A stretch of DNA of 64,000 bases from Tubiluchus corallicola (taxonomy: Eukaryota > Animalia > Priapulida), in NCBI GenBank assembly GCA_030141605.1, contig JAQGDQ010000289.1:1-64000 (forward strand). Direction: 5' to 3'. Positions within the stretch are counted from its first letter, which is position 1. Every line of letters starts with the position of its first letter. The notes beneath the pieces are model-generated. The model had not been told where the DNA came from, ran no database searches, and worked only from the letters and a program-made list of their open reading frames with translations. Shown piece after piece: positions 41,887 through 56,440 of the stretch. The translations under genes and the position numbers were made by a program.

Positions 41887-44429
41887 CTAAAACAAAATTA
41901 ATGTAGCTTAATATAGCAATTCATGATAACAATGCAGTTAAGCAACTGAACAATGAATAGGCGTTTACATGACAGTGTATAATGTTTTTAGCGTGCAAGA
42001 CTACTAACAAGAACAATTCATTGGTTAGCAGCCGACAAACAATAAATTTAAATTACTACGAATTAGTAAGTAGTCTATATGTACAGACAAGTCATTTTAT
42101 TGTAGGTAAGTAATGTTCTTGAGTATCCTTGGGATTTCACGCGCCTTTACAGACGAAAAATAATTATAAAACATAAAAGCACAATTATGAACTCATAAAC
42201 CTTTACAAAGAAACTTTAGCTAAAACCACTCTTAACAAAAACACGCTTGACACTTCGGTTACGCCTTTGTAAAAGTGCGGTAATGTGAAGTTTTGGAACC
42301 AATCTTGTTTACCTGAATACCTGGCTCCCGTTTTACATCTACCTATTGTCACTGTGTTTAATTCTAATATATATAAAAACGAATGTTTAAATTTAACGAG
42401 GCAAAATCCGAGGACAGAGATTGGACAACTTTATGATCAGATTATGTATATTGTGTTACACAAGGTTAAGTTGTGGCTGCATGCGAAGCTTTAGCGATAT
42501 AGTTGGTGTATATTAAATTTTAACACTACGTCATAAGAACAAATGTACGCAAAAGTACTATAATATAGTCATATCATAATGCAATGTAAGACCAATAGTC
42601 GTTGCTTTGAGTTCTATAATAATAATGATGATGACAATGATGACGATAATAATAAAGACATTAGGAAAACCGCATGTTGAAGATAATTACAGACCTTTTT
42701 TATAATCACCAAACTCATGACCTCGGGCAATACAGTCAGAAATCAGGGACTTTTCAAATAAAAAATTGCGCAGTCTATGAAACGCCAAATTATAACGCGC
42801 TCAACTCTTTTAACTTGTTTGTGAAATCAAGCATGCTTTTGCGCATGGGTGGCCAGACGCACAATTTAATAGCAGTTCTTTTCAAATTGGAAATAGTTTT
42901 GGTTCATTATAGCAACTGTATCTCGCATTTAGCTCAAGTGAAATACCTCAATTATGGCTTAACTATAGTTATAGTAAACTATTTGGGGCTCTTGTTTGCT
43001 TGCTAGGCATCTTCCACTTTATTGCAGTACAAGAAATTTGATGTAACAAACAAGGCCTAACTATATTCGCAAATGCCATAGTTCTTTAAACACTATGACT
43101 ACATTACTTCTGTATAATCGTATTAAGCCAATCTTTGACCTGAACATTACAGTCAAAATGTTTAGAGGTGTTTAGAAAAAGCTGTCAACTAGTGGATTCT
43201 GACAGTATAATAATTAATAAAACTGGCTTTAGCACCTGAGTGTAGTGTGGAAATTAACCTACTTACTACAAGACATTTTTATGCCTACGTTTCTTTCCAA
43301 AGTTTCAGAACCTCTTTAATACACTGCAGGAATATGAAATTCTACGGTAAAGAAAAGCGGGATCGTGACCTCTGCAAATTGCTACAGTAACTACAATGTA
43401 CAAGATTTTTGGCGCTCAGTATTTTTCTATGCCTAACCGCTAATCTAAATAGCTACATTTTTGACCAGTTTTTATCAAACTAGGTCTGAAATGGCATTTT
43501 CCGCAGAAACGAGAAGATTTGTAAGACAGATAAGATAGGCGAGCTAATCATGAATGGATTTCCACCACACCAAAGATGATATGTTTAAAAAACGTCTCGA
43601 ATAATATGTGAATGTAACTAGAAAACAAGGTTTCAGTCAGTCAATTGTAAATTTCAAAAACTTTTTTAGTTTAGCGAAAAATACAGCTAAGAGGTGATTT
43701 TATAATTATCATTTCACCTTACTGGCATTAGTTCATTCACATAAATCCGGGCAGCAAAAATTTAAAAACGGAATTATAATCTAGCACTAACAAGGTTTAC
43801 AAAATGAACCGTCTTAGAATGCAGTAATTTTGTCTGTCGCTTCATCAGCCCTAACACTCCATGGCCTAATGTTAATTACCCCGAGTTTAGTTGAATAACG
43901 TATATGTTAGCTACCACTTCTTATTTTGCAAAGTTTGCAAACCTTGCAAAAACCCAGTTCCTGATTTATGAAAACTATCGTATGCTATCCTATTTACACA
44001 TAGTTACTGGACCAGATCCGTATATACTTTCACTTGATATGCGCACTGAACATAAGTGTTTTGGGGTAGTGACTGTGGCCTCTTCTACTAAAACAAATAA
44101 GAAGTGATCGTATGTGTAAAAATTTATAATACATCTAAAAGAAAACATATAGGATCGATATATGATAGCCATGCACAGTTCTTGCTACAAGCGTAGTTAA
44201 TTTCATTATTAAATTATTCAAAATATTTGCAAGACCAAATGATATAAATATGGTGCTGCATTCTTTTCATCAATCGATTTATGTAAAGATAAATACTAAG
44301 TCTTGTACGCTCATTATTACCAGGGAATTCAAGTAGACTCAGATGTACCCTATAAACGCGTTTTACTTTCGCTCCTTAAGAGACAACATTAGCACGAATA
44401 GTTATTTAGCAACTAACACTGTAACACAA

Positions 44430-44522
44430 CGACACAAATGAAGACATAACACACACAAATATTAGTGTGTACGCCCTGGCGTTCTTGCGCGGGACTCGAA
44501 CCTAAGTTGAGACCACTATGTA
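44430..44522 (-). mobile_element. Possible tRNA-derived SINE head fragment
   Basis: Minus strand TAGTGGTCTCAACTTAGGTTCGAGTCCCGC contains a Pol III B-box/T-loop (GGTTCGAGTCCC). No complete cloverleaf. Confidence 0.35.
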
Positions 44523-47500
44523 TATTTGCAGCTTAGAGCCCAAATTCTTTGTTCTCTGTGTACTTGGATGGAAATCGGTTAGACTTAATGGCAGATCAAT
44601 CAAGGAAATGAATATAACTGAGAAGTCAGTGGTTATGTTTTATTGTGTTAGTGAACCTTTACTAATACCAACCGTTGCATTATTTTAAGATCAGGAAGCG
44701 TGCAAGTTAATGAGGCGTAGTCAATATTATTTCCAAAATGGCCTTACTTAAGCATTCAGGTGATATACTTGACCCTATATATCAGTAACATCCTGTACTA
44801 CCTACCAAACCTCCAAGGTCACTGGGACAAACTTGGTATATGGGTAATGGGAAGTACTTCGAGGAAGGCTAATGCTTGACTTTAAGCTTGACTTTGACTT
44901 TGACCTTAGGTTTGTTACTTGAAGGTCGTAATGTCTTATTTTTAAATCGCTGCACATGAAGGCAAAAGTAGATAGAGGATTTGCCGTTTTAGGACACAGA
45001 AACTACCTCCGTTGAAAAAAGGTTAATAATTTATGCATAACTGATATCGTGTTGGAAACTCATAATGGACGTATATATCCGGTATATAATAGTTTTAGCA
45101 GCGTATAGAAATCAGGAACAATGCGAAGCATGCATAGTTGACTGCTATGCAGCTCTCACACTCGACTTGCACTGAATAGATAGAACCGTCCTGAAGTCGC
45201 AGTAGCGTCCTACCCTGAAATTCCTAAACCCAAAATTACACCAGTTTACGGATTAAATAACTAGAAATGCGCCACTAGTATTTGTTTGTCTTCAATTTTA
45301 AATCCAGTCTCTGGCTGCAGTGTATGCTGGCTGTTTGCGTTCGGCTTTTTCTTCAGTTTATTTGCGAGATTTCGTCTTTGTCGGGCGCCGGCAGGTAGAG
45401 AAAGCCTCGGTAAATATTTAGCATCGTCACTGCCCATGTATAAACACTTGTGTACGGTAATAATGACTGTACCGTTTAAACTAAAGTTCATTATAGGCGT
45501 GAATACACTTCAGTAAACTGTACACTAATTGTTGCAAGTGACAAGAGTTTTGAAGTGTATAAACAGGGATGGGTGTTCAGCTTTTGATTCACTCCCCACC
45601 AATTTCTGTTAAGAAGGTTAATGGTGAACTAATTGAAAAGCCTACAAAATTTGGAATCAAGGAATTATTTTGCAGAATTATTGTGCTGCAGTAGCACGGT
45701 AGTACATATTCACAGTTTAGTTTTCTCTTCTACAGATGTTGAACATTCGAATACCGGGCACTTGATTTGCACTAAGCACAGATTTAAAGGGAACTTAATA
45801 ACAATATTTAACAAACTAAATAATATTCGTCTGATTTCATTTTTTGTGTAATGTCATCAAGAGCAAATTGCAGCATAAAAACCTCCTTGTTATGCTAACG
45901 GCAATTAATTTCTAATTCTAAAATTCTGCTTCTATCAAATGTTTATAAGTCGCCGTTTTTCCCGTTCCAAACGTCCGCAAGTTGGTGACATTCTCATTCC
46001 TTGATGTAGTAAGTTTGCAAAAGTTTATTAGGTCCGTGAAAAAATGATAGTAAACTTTATGATATTCACAAAAATAAGCGCAAGTAGTCAAGACAGTTTA
46101 TCAAAGCAGAACACAAACTTTCAGAATTGTTTTTACTGACATACGCTACATTTTATTGTTATATCGACATAATATCGTTATAGACGCTGTAAACTATGCT
46201 AATAATATTTCGAGTAAGAACGTCAATTTGCATAATTAAACAACTTCGTAAAAATTTCTACTAATTTTTATATGGAGCGTCTAACAGGTCTATACTCTAT
46301 ACATTGTATCGTTTTCGGAAACGCAAGCGACTTGTTCGTGACGTGACGTCACATATTTATAAACGAATCATTAGTGACAAGTTGGATGATTAATGATTAT
46401 TAAACTTTCACTCTACAAACGTACCTAACGCAGTGTCACTGTGCAAATCCGATATAGCATGAACCATTAAATTATTTGCGAAAAAGGGTCCTTTAACGGA
46501 AGCTAAATGCTGTAAATAGTCTCACAGTGCAGCAGGCTTTAGAATAGACATATATTATACAGTAGTGATACATCACGTTATGTAGTAATTATATTATATC
46601 AAAAGTTTATTGTTGTAGACCTAAATTCAGTATGAGCCAAATTATAAAAAATAGCTAAAACACGAAAAAGTATTTAATATTATCTAAGATGCTATCTAAT
46701 TTTGTTCACACCAAATATTCTATGTGTTCGCTAGGATATCTGAAACGCGGCGTAATTGCAGTTTTCGCACCAGAGGCAATTGAAATATGTAGTTTGTAGA
46801 TATAGTTTATCAAATCATTAAATAATATAACCTAGGTCCTTAAAGCCTCCGAAAAACAAGATTTACTTTCGATGTTTGTTGTATTGAGTATAAGTACATT
46901 TATAAATGAATGTATCAAAAAAATACTTACTTCAGTTATCATATTAATTGTATAGAAAATAGAAATCTGATGGAGACAAAAAACGTCCACGCTGGCAGTT
47001 TTTTTAACGATTGAAACATTGCTGAAAAAACCTTGAATTTTCTATTTTTAAACCCATGCAAGCAGTTGAGTTTAAATAACATTGTTATCACCTGGTGAAA
47101 TTTCTCCTGAAGCGAGTGCACAACCATTACTGTACTACCTAAGAGTCTTATTAATTAAAAATGGCGGCCGATACCATCATTGACTCTAACTGGATATTAA
47201 CGCTATTTCTCAGGCCCATTAAGTAACTGCAAAAACAGGGTCAACATCAAGTCAAGGTGTCTTCATTAAAGCGATAATTATAAATTATGATCACTACTTA
47301 TACATTGACATTTCTTATCATTATTATTAATAAGGTACTATTTTTAGATGACCAATAATACTTTTGGTTTGGCTGTTCTTTATAACAGTACCATTGCTCA
47401 TTAATGCTGTACATTAATGAGCTATTGCAGCGTAGGGATTTTCGCACCTATCCAATTTTATATTGCGAATTTTTGCTGAATAATTAAAATATAAATAGAT

Positions 47501-48312
47501 TCGGTGGATTAATTATTAATGACGTTGTAATGAGGCCTGCTGTGCCACTGAGTCATAAAGGTTAATTTTTGGGCACGCGCCGTTTTTTGCAGAATGTATA
47601 TGCGGGAAGTATGCGTGATATAAACAACTGGAGCAAGCCAGGCAACAAAACGTTAGTGTAGTCCATATAAAAATGGACTACACTAAAATGGCGGTGGTGA
47701 TGGTGGTGAAAGATGACTTTGATAGTTATCAATGTAAAATGAACGTCAGGAATTATACGCAAAGAAGAAAAGCAAAAGAAGAACCAAAAGTAGAAAAACA
47801 AACTTGAAACATGACTGGTCAAAAACTAACTACCTTAAAGAAGATAGAGCATATAGTGTAATTAGGCAAAAAGTTGACCTAATCTAGCTTCTACTCGTTG
47901 TCTCATTTGGCATGCCAGAGTGAAACCTTGTCAAATAAAGGCTTACCAATGCTTAATTTAAATTCTGAAACTATCCATTAGTGAAGTAACTAATAGCGAC
48001 AGCTAACAGTCGTCAAAAATATCTTTTTCAAACCCAGGTAACTATCTCATAATTGGATACTAGTTTAGTGGTGTAAGGCATACAAAAGTAAGGCCCCTAT
48101 TCAACGCTGAATGGGTAACGATAATTACAGTTGACAAAGAACATGCTTTAAAGATAGCGACGAAGGTGTTAACTATAGTAGTACGTGTTTCGTGCGTGCG
48201 TGCGTTTATTTTTTACAAATTACCATTGTAAAGGAAATATAATGGCGAGATTGAATAATCATTTGTTAAACAGTGTTAATTACCTATTGTAATGATATAA
48301 CAGGTATCTTAC

Positions 48313-48363
48313 CTTTTCCAGTTCTAGTAAATGAAAGCGCAACACCTGAGTTGCCTGCACCAT
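48313..48363 (-). CDS. Meis: Meis/homothorax coding exon 4 (51 bp), MEIS-B/HM2
   Basis: Translates MVQATQVLRFHLLELEK. Pyrimidine tract plus TTTTCAG acceptor, donor AAG|GTAAGA. Confidence 0.97.
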
Positions 48364-48754
48364 CTGAAAAAGAAGGAAAAAAGCATAAAAAACAAAGGTT
48401 ATTTCTTTGGGAGGATTTTGACCAATAGAGAAAGTAATTTTTATCTTTTTAACACACGGAATGATTGAAGAAGACATAGTACATATGCAGAGTCCAAGTA
48501 CTGTATTTTTGAATCCCCTTCATTTTCAAAGTAGGGTTCGTCACTAATGATGTTGTTTAGTTACTTTTTGGTTGTGGTTTTAAACTTCATTTAAGAAATC
48601 AACTTTACTGTGTAGTGGGAATGTAGCGGGATTTACGTCTCTAGAAAAAGCAGGAAAAAAACAGAAAAATGATCATGATAATTCAAAAGAAAAAGGAAAA
48701 ATTTATAATGAAAAACAAAGAAGCCGAAGATGATCGTATGGTGAAAAAGTAAGT

Positions 48755-48827
48755 GATAACGATGGCGATGATGATTGTTGTTGTTGTTGTTGATGATGAT
48801 GATGATGATGATGATGACGACGACGAC

Positions 48828-48923
<96 letters not shown>

Positions 48924-49050
48924 AATGATGATGATGATGACGATAATGACGATGGTGATGATGACAACAATTATGATTAAAGACGATGAGAAAGAGAAGG
49001 AGGAGGAAAACGACAATAATGGCGACAATGACTAATAATGATGACGATAT
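48755..49050. repeat. (GAT)n compound microsatellite in Meis intron 3
   Basis: GTT/GAT/GAC runs. Source of the poly-D/M/H/S/I ORFs. Confidence 0.98.
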
Positions 49051-49496
49051 TAAAAAAGCAGAAAGGAAGGAAAGAAACGAACAGGTAGCAATAGAAGAAG
49101 AAAAGGATGAAGAAGAGGAATACAAGCGAAAAATGTCCTAGCTAGGTCTGCTCACAATTTTGAAAACATGTCCGCTTCTAGGGCATTAATTCTCAGAAAA
49201 ATGAACCAAATAGTATCGAACACGCAAAATCCATTTAATACTTTAAGACTTGAAATTGATAGAGATCTATCCTTGTGCTTTGGAAGCCTATATGAATTTA
49301 GATCACCATTGGAGATGCCAAGAATTAAGCTACGGGTACTCAAAAGTTTATTGAATATCACAGACCTAGACAATTTCTATGATAGGTTTACATAATTTCT
49401 CAGAAGCCCACTTATTTTGAATGCATTTGAGTAACAGAGTAATGTAAGGTTAACTCGTCAAAGTATATAGAACAATACAATTAAATAAACACTTAC

Positions 49497-49547
49497 CAGA
49501 CTATCTAACTCAGCATTTGAGGTGTAATATGGTCTCTCTTGGCGAAT
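49497..49547 (-). CDS. Meis: Meis/homothorax coding exon 3 (51 bp)
   Basis: Translates IRQERPYYTSNAELDSL (Meis/Hth IRxEKPxxxxxxELDxL). Acceptor TACTAG, donor CTG|GTAAGT, phase 0/0. Confidence 0.96.
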
Positions 49548-51544
49548 CTAGTAAACAATCAGCAAAAGTTCATTGAGTAATTGTTTGAATAAACTTGGGT
49601 ATTGGGGTATGAAATGAAAACGTATGTTAGCGAATTCCAAAAATGTTAAAGTACAAATTAGTAAACATAAATTTTATATAATTTACTTACTAATTATCTA
49701 TATTATTCTTTGCTAACTAGAATCTGTAGAATTCTTAAGCACGTTTTACACACAGCAAGTTTTACATTGTAAGTGACGTAAGTATTTTTGCCGGTACATT
49801 AAAAAACTGCAGCATAATTATTATTCAGGAATAGGTCTACATGTGCCTTGCATGTGAACGGGGAAAAGTAGCCGAAATATAATTTATAATACATATAACA
49901 TATGGGCACTATTAGGTCTATTAGGATACCCAGCAAACTATAGTCCTATAGTTTGAATTCAATGTAATTTTTGTGCATCAAAGTTATTTGTTGCGATAGT
50001 TTTGAATATATTGTTTATTATTATATTAGTTATATGAGCTTTGCTTTTCTTAAATTAAATACTCAATTATACACTTATACTCAAAGGCTAATTTTCCAAA
50101 TTTTCTTCATTCATTAAAAGCTGCGATAAATCGATTCTTACGTTTTAACTTTTTGACATTTAAGGTCTGAATTAAGAAGCGGCACAGGACCAAGCGTTAC
50201 AGCAGTACAAATATGATAGGTCTTATATACAGGTAGCAGCTTTATACGCTGTCGGTAACATCAAAAGGTTGTATTCCCGCATTGACATTACCAGAGATAT
50301 ACACAGAGTTCATTGTAAAAAGAAACGTTAAAAAGCCACAATAGCGGAAATAAAAGTCCTGTTTCAGATTATGGCAGTATTACATTTTAATAAAATTGGC
50401 TCCTTACTAAAACTTTATAATGACAGTAAATTTTTTCATTACTACACAAAAATTATAATGGTATGTTTAACTTGAACGAATATAAAAAACTTATTACCAA
50501 GGTGATTTCATTACAGGTGAGTACAAACGGTTCGCGCTTATTATAGGTCGTACAATCTATCATGTCAATGAGGCTAACGAGGCCAATTTGTGTAGCCGCA
50601 AAATTTAAAAACATACACTCATGAGCATATTACAGTAAAATAGCGTATATCGTCAAAAGCTTGTCATTCGCTTTTATGAGGCGTTTTCCTTCCCTGGGTT
50701 TACTAGCTATCTTGTAATGCATATTTTGACATTGGTGTTTTGACACCTTTAACAATCAATTCAGTCTCTTGTAACTGACAGATTCAGTGAATGAATTATG
50801 TACATGTGTACTACAATGAGTTTTCACAGTAATCACTCTCTCCGCGCGAGAAGAATGGCCACCAGCAGTCTATAAATCAAGCATATAGATACATTAGATT
50901 CAAATTTAATATGTATACCCTTCAAATGTGCATGAAGGTGAAAATTTTTGACTCTGTCAGATTAGCCGACTGCATGAGAAGATTTGAAAAACAGGATACG
51001 ATGGAGTTTAAAAAATGGCATTGACAATGTGAAGTTGCATTCGATGAGAATTGATAGGTTATTGATTTGTGGTTGAATAAAAAACATGACCGCAGTCAAA
51101 GCTTGGTGGATAATGAAAATCATGAATTATGCATTGAATAGTTGAGAAGGTGAGAAAATTTGAATTCACACCAGAAAAGTAGTTTATCTCCTTTGTAAAA
51201 AGGCTTGTATATATTAACATACGTCTTCATATGCAAGTAATTTATGCAAATGTAAATTTATGGGTGCATGTCCACGCCTGAACTTTGGTGTAGGGAATGC
51301 CTAACTTATTTAAAAAAAATTGAAAGTGTAGCAGCAAAAGTAAGTTTTGCCAGTGCTTTTGTGGAAATTATTTAAATTTTGTTATTGCCTATATTAAATT
51401 GTAGCTGTGTACAGTGTCTCCATAATTACACGTGCGCAGCTTATAGCTAAGTCATAGTGTGCTTGCATATGCTTGAAATAAAAAGCGTTTTGGTTTTAAA
51501 TTTAAAATATAGTATATCTCCAATATTAGCGCAGCAAGTACTTA

Positions 51545-51751
<207 letters not shown>

Positions 51752-51926
51752 TTACTAGATGTTTATAATGCTTATGTCCAACTTTTCACAGTGTTGCTTT
51801 TCTATGGAACTTTATATAAAGGCGTGAAATTTTCCTTTTGTTCATAAACTTGAAAAATTCAAAATAAACTATTTTTAGTTCTGCCTTTCTGGCACAGTAC
51901 ACTCTTAACCACATTCTTTCTGTTGT

Positions 51927-51970
<44 letters not shown>

Positions 51971-53054
51971 ACGTTCTTTTATCTGAGTAACGCTGCAGTA
52001 AACTCACTACATGTCAACATAAGCCATTTATAAATTAATCATTTTGTAACCCACATGTTGTTTTAATGACCAGCTACTGACTTAATACAATTTTTTCACT
52101 AATTATTTTATAATAACAAGCTGTAACTCATGTTAAAACCATGCATGGCTAAGTCACGTGCATGCAAAACTACTTTGTTTGTAAATATTGTATGTACTAT
52201 GAAGGTACAAACCTTTAAGACTATGCAAAATACATCCAAATGAAGAAGTAATAAATTAACATAAAATTACACAAGAAGTAGCCCTAGAATTACATAAGTC
52301 TGAAACAGTGTATTATATCACGTTGTTTATAAAGTACATTATGAAAAATTATTTCCTAGGTTGAAGGTTCTAATAATTGCTTTACAATATGCTATACTAA
52401 ACTAATGCTTAAACTAATCAGAGCGAAATACAATTTATAATAAATACATGATTATCCGCAAGAATAAAAAGCCCACTCTATCTTTTCTTTATATTCCGTA
52501 TTTAGCATTGTTTAGTACTGATGAGCAGATGTGAATTTTTTCCTGCAAACCGACGGCACAAGTCCATGATAATTATACAAGCTGTGTAAAGTAGATACAT
52601 AAAAACACGAAATTGATATCCTGAGCAATTAGGTTTCGTTTTTTCGTTGCTCAAAAGTTAAGCAATCCGCACGATATGACTTTCAACAGGTTACAATCTT
52701 TCACTAAAGCATAGGTTCCCCTATTTCAGCATTTAACGTGTGGGAGCGAATACAACAGTCAATGCAATAACAACTTTGCAATGCTGGTATATGTCAAACA
52801 GGCAAGCATCAATGTTAAACTATTATGTCAAACTCGCAGAACATTGAAAAATTATGATTTAATTTTGATGGATTTGAGTTTATAAGCCAGGTAACAGAGC
52901 TCACTTGGGCAATAATTTTAACAAACATGCCTAGTAGATGTACACAAATATACTTTCAATTCACACTTGTATTTGTAAATACGTAAATAATAACATAAAG
53001 CCAAGAAGCCAAATAGGCCTTCATCCTTACCTATAGTCATTCTAAACATCTTAC

Positions 53055-53317
53055 CCGTAAATACTATCCTTTACTCGCTTATCGCAGTCTGGTACATTTC
53101 CCATAACACTATGTGACATTGCATTGTGACTTGTGGGATATTGGTGGTGATGGTGAGGTAAAGAGTGAGGCGTGTGATGATTTAAATGTTGAGTCCCGTG
53201 TCCGAGATGTTGACGATGTGGATCCGCGTACATTGCAGCGGCGGCCTGCATGTCTGTCATCGTCGATCCGGGATAACCTGGCATTCCGGATGCTGCTTCT
53301 TCGTAACCTTGATACAT
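53055..53317 (-). CDS. Meis: Meis/homothorax coding exon 1 (start codon to ...KRVKDSIYG)
   Basis: ORF MYQGYEEAASGMPGYPG...YADPHRQH...DKRVKDSIYG resembles the Meis N-terminus (MAQRYE..., DPH, KRDKDAIYG). Donor GG|GTAAG at 53054, phase 2, matches the next exon. Confidence 0.92.
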
Positions 53318-53499
53318 TTTATCTCTATCAAAGCGGTTTATTGTTTACTCCGGTACACTGATTAATTTATCTTAACGAAATCACAAATATAAACTGGTGG
53401 AACTAATAAGACTGCGTTCGAAACATTAGCAACAGAGCTCATTTACACAACAAGTAGCTGTATTGAATCAGCCATTCAAACTTTTCAGTCTCGGTTGTA

Positions 53500-53770
53500 A
53501 ATTATCTAGCAGACGAGCTGCTGCATATAGCATTTGCTGGTAATATTTTCATCAAACGGGTGCTTCTCCGCTAACCGCAGACAGCAGAATTTATACTTAA
53601 AGTCAAAGTTAGTTGCACGCACTGTCACTAGCACAGTAGTCGAAACATTTCAACTCGACAGACGTCGGGTGTGCCTAGGGCCGTCAATCACAGCCGCCGT
53701 TGTCATGACGACCATGGCTACTAATCCATCAAATGGTAGTGGACCGGGAAAGTTTGCAAGGTAGACCTAC
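53500..53770 (-). promoter_or_regulatory. Putative Meis proximal promoter/5' region
   Basis: GC/CpG-richer island 200-450 bp upstream of the ATG, bordered by very AT-rich DNA. Contains TGATTGACGG, TGACAG and TGATGGAT motifs. The TSS cannot be determined. Confidence 0.45.
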
Positions 53771-55801
53771 ATTTTGGTTACCTATCCTACAGGTTACGCA
53801 AAGTATTATATAAGCGTAATAAAGAATAGACTATTTTGTAATGACAGCTAGAAAGAAAAGCAAAGTTGGTAAGAAGTATATTTTTAATATCAATTTCTAA
53901 CTACATGTACATCGTACATAAAAATCAAGTAAATAATATTGTTCCCTTGACTTTCAAACAAAAAAATCTCAAAATGATAATTTGATATAATTTGCTGAAA
54001 ATTCTACTACATACTGTAGGCTCATTAAGAAAAAGAAAACCAAAATTAAATTTGTATAATTGTATGTAATAAGGCTATATAAATATTATTTCAAATATAT
54101 AGATGTAGCAACGCCATGCAGGACTACATAATTCTGTAGAAGAATGGAAAGAAATGTTGTTAAGCTGTTGTAAATCAAATGTAAATATCATTGTTTCACT
54201 AATTCTATGTATTTGTTGGTTAGTTGGCTTATTATTTATTATTTATGTATTTATTTATTTATTTAATTGTTTATTTATATATTCATTTATTAAATAAAAG
54301 AATCATAAGAAAAATTTAAAAAAGATAAATATGTTAATATTTCAATGTCTTATACATTTGCTTAGCTCACTTGTATTATCTGTTTTTAATAAAAGAATCT
54401 TAGAAAACATTTTCTATTTTGTCTCCATTATTTTAATATTGTTAAAATGCAATTAAAAACTAATATTACTTGATAGTTGTTTCATACCTATATACGTCAG
54501 TCACATATACTGATAATAAAAAATATTATTCTCATGGTACATGTACATATTTTTAGCTTTTTAAATTTGTACTTTTTCATTATTTATCATAATCCTCATC
54601 ATCCTTATCACCACATTGATCGTGAATCATTTTTATTCAGGATATCTGTGTAATATATTAGTTTGTTAAAAATTTGGAAACTTACACTCTATGTAACTGG
54701 ATAACAGGCATGGAAGTAAAGTAAAATTTGCGAAAGCAAAGTACTAAAGTTTAATATAATAACGTAGCTAAACTGTTGCCAAAAACAAGAAATGGGGAAA
54801 AGAAAGAATATATAGAACATTTCTACATACATACGTAATACGTATGTATGTATAAATGTTCTATATACATGTTTATATGCAGACCATTTCGCATGTATAT
54901 ATATAATATATATATGTATAGATATAATAATAACAATATATACACACACACACATATATTATATAATATATTATATAATATATATATATGTGTGTGTGTG
55001 TGTGTTGTTATTACTATATCTACGTTTATAATCGACTACGTAATCAAACTTTTGCAAATCAACTCCAAACTAGATACCTTTGACGAGTTGTTCAGAGCTA
55101 CTCACAGTTTCTGCATGTATGAAATTTTGAAATTTGTATTATTTCGTTATGAATATTATGTGAAATGAAAAGTGTAAATAAAAATGTTTGCTTGTTTAAG
55201 AAAAATTAAAACAAATGCATAATACTGTCATTATTTTATGAATATTCTGAAACCACTTATTACTGCTTAACGTGAAAATACTACTACTACTAATAATAAT
55301 AATAATAACTTTTAATCTTATACGTGTGCCTGCATATAAATTGTGCATGTGTAGATATTTTTCCTGTAGTACAATTGTACTTTCCTTCATTTTTCTTTTA
55401 TTTATTTTGTTAATAACAAATGTATTAATTCAAGAAAAATGTCACCAAAACTTCTATCACATGCATGAGATTATATTTTTTTCTTAAAATGTAACATACC
55501 AGTAATATATAAGCTTTAAACAAAAGTGCTGTCCTATAAAAAATTATTATAATTGATAAATAAGCAATATTTAAATAGAGAAAAAGTAAAACATATTCTA
55601 GACAAGTAAGAACTAGAATAAAATCATGTTACAAAAACATAATATACGCTTAGTACTTATTTTAAGACTGGGCGGAAGCTTGGAACGCTACCTCCTTGGC
55701 CACGCCTCTTTACTGTCGGAGGCGGTTCATTGTATATGGTAAGAGCTACAAGAGATTTACGCTAGATGGCAGCATCTTACGATGCTTTACAATAAGGCTG
55801 T

Positions 55802-56398
55802 AATCGACCAGCGACTATTGAATATACTATAGGGTTCAGTAGTCTCTGAATCGATTGAACTTATGTAAAAAATGTATTGATAGCAAAAGATTTTTCGCGG
55901 CTATTATTTTTATGTCGTCTAATGTGTAACAAAATAAAACGGAAAATACGGTATTATTATTATCTTGTTATTATTATTATCTATACATATACAGTATATT
56001 TATAGGACGATTTTGTGCATGAATATATAAATAATTACAACTACCATACATTTCCTATAAAAAATCCTAAATCAATATAATATTAAATATATTTTAAGAC
56101 ATCGAACGTTAACATAATTTAGTACACAAAACGTCCCAATAATCCAACTACGGTGACTGTAATTATTAAATAATTAGAAAATTTTTAAGACTTCTTTCGT
56201 AAAACACGAACTTAATTAGTTTATTTAAATTCAAAAACTGTATGATATTTTTTACATTTGTCTAAGTTATTGTCTAATATGCTTTTCATTACAATGTTTA
56301 CATCAAATTTTGTAAACAATGTAATTATTGTACTGTCGCTGAATAATGATAGTATACTGGGGCTACTGGCTTGGTTCTATAATATTAGAGCACCTATT

Positions 56399-56440
<42 letters not shown>

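Noticed and set aside
44480-44520. tRNA gene
   Set aside because: Only a B-box/T-loop is present; acceptor, D and anticodon stems cannot be formed.
48633-49125. Poly-D/H/S/M ORFs
   Set aside because: (GAT)n microsatellite in Meis intron 3; no splice or domain support.
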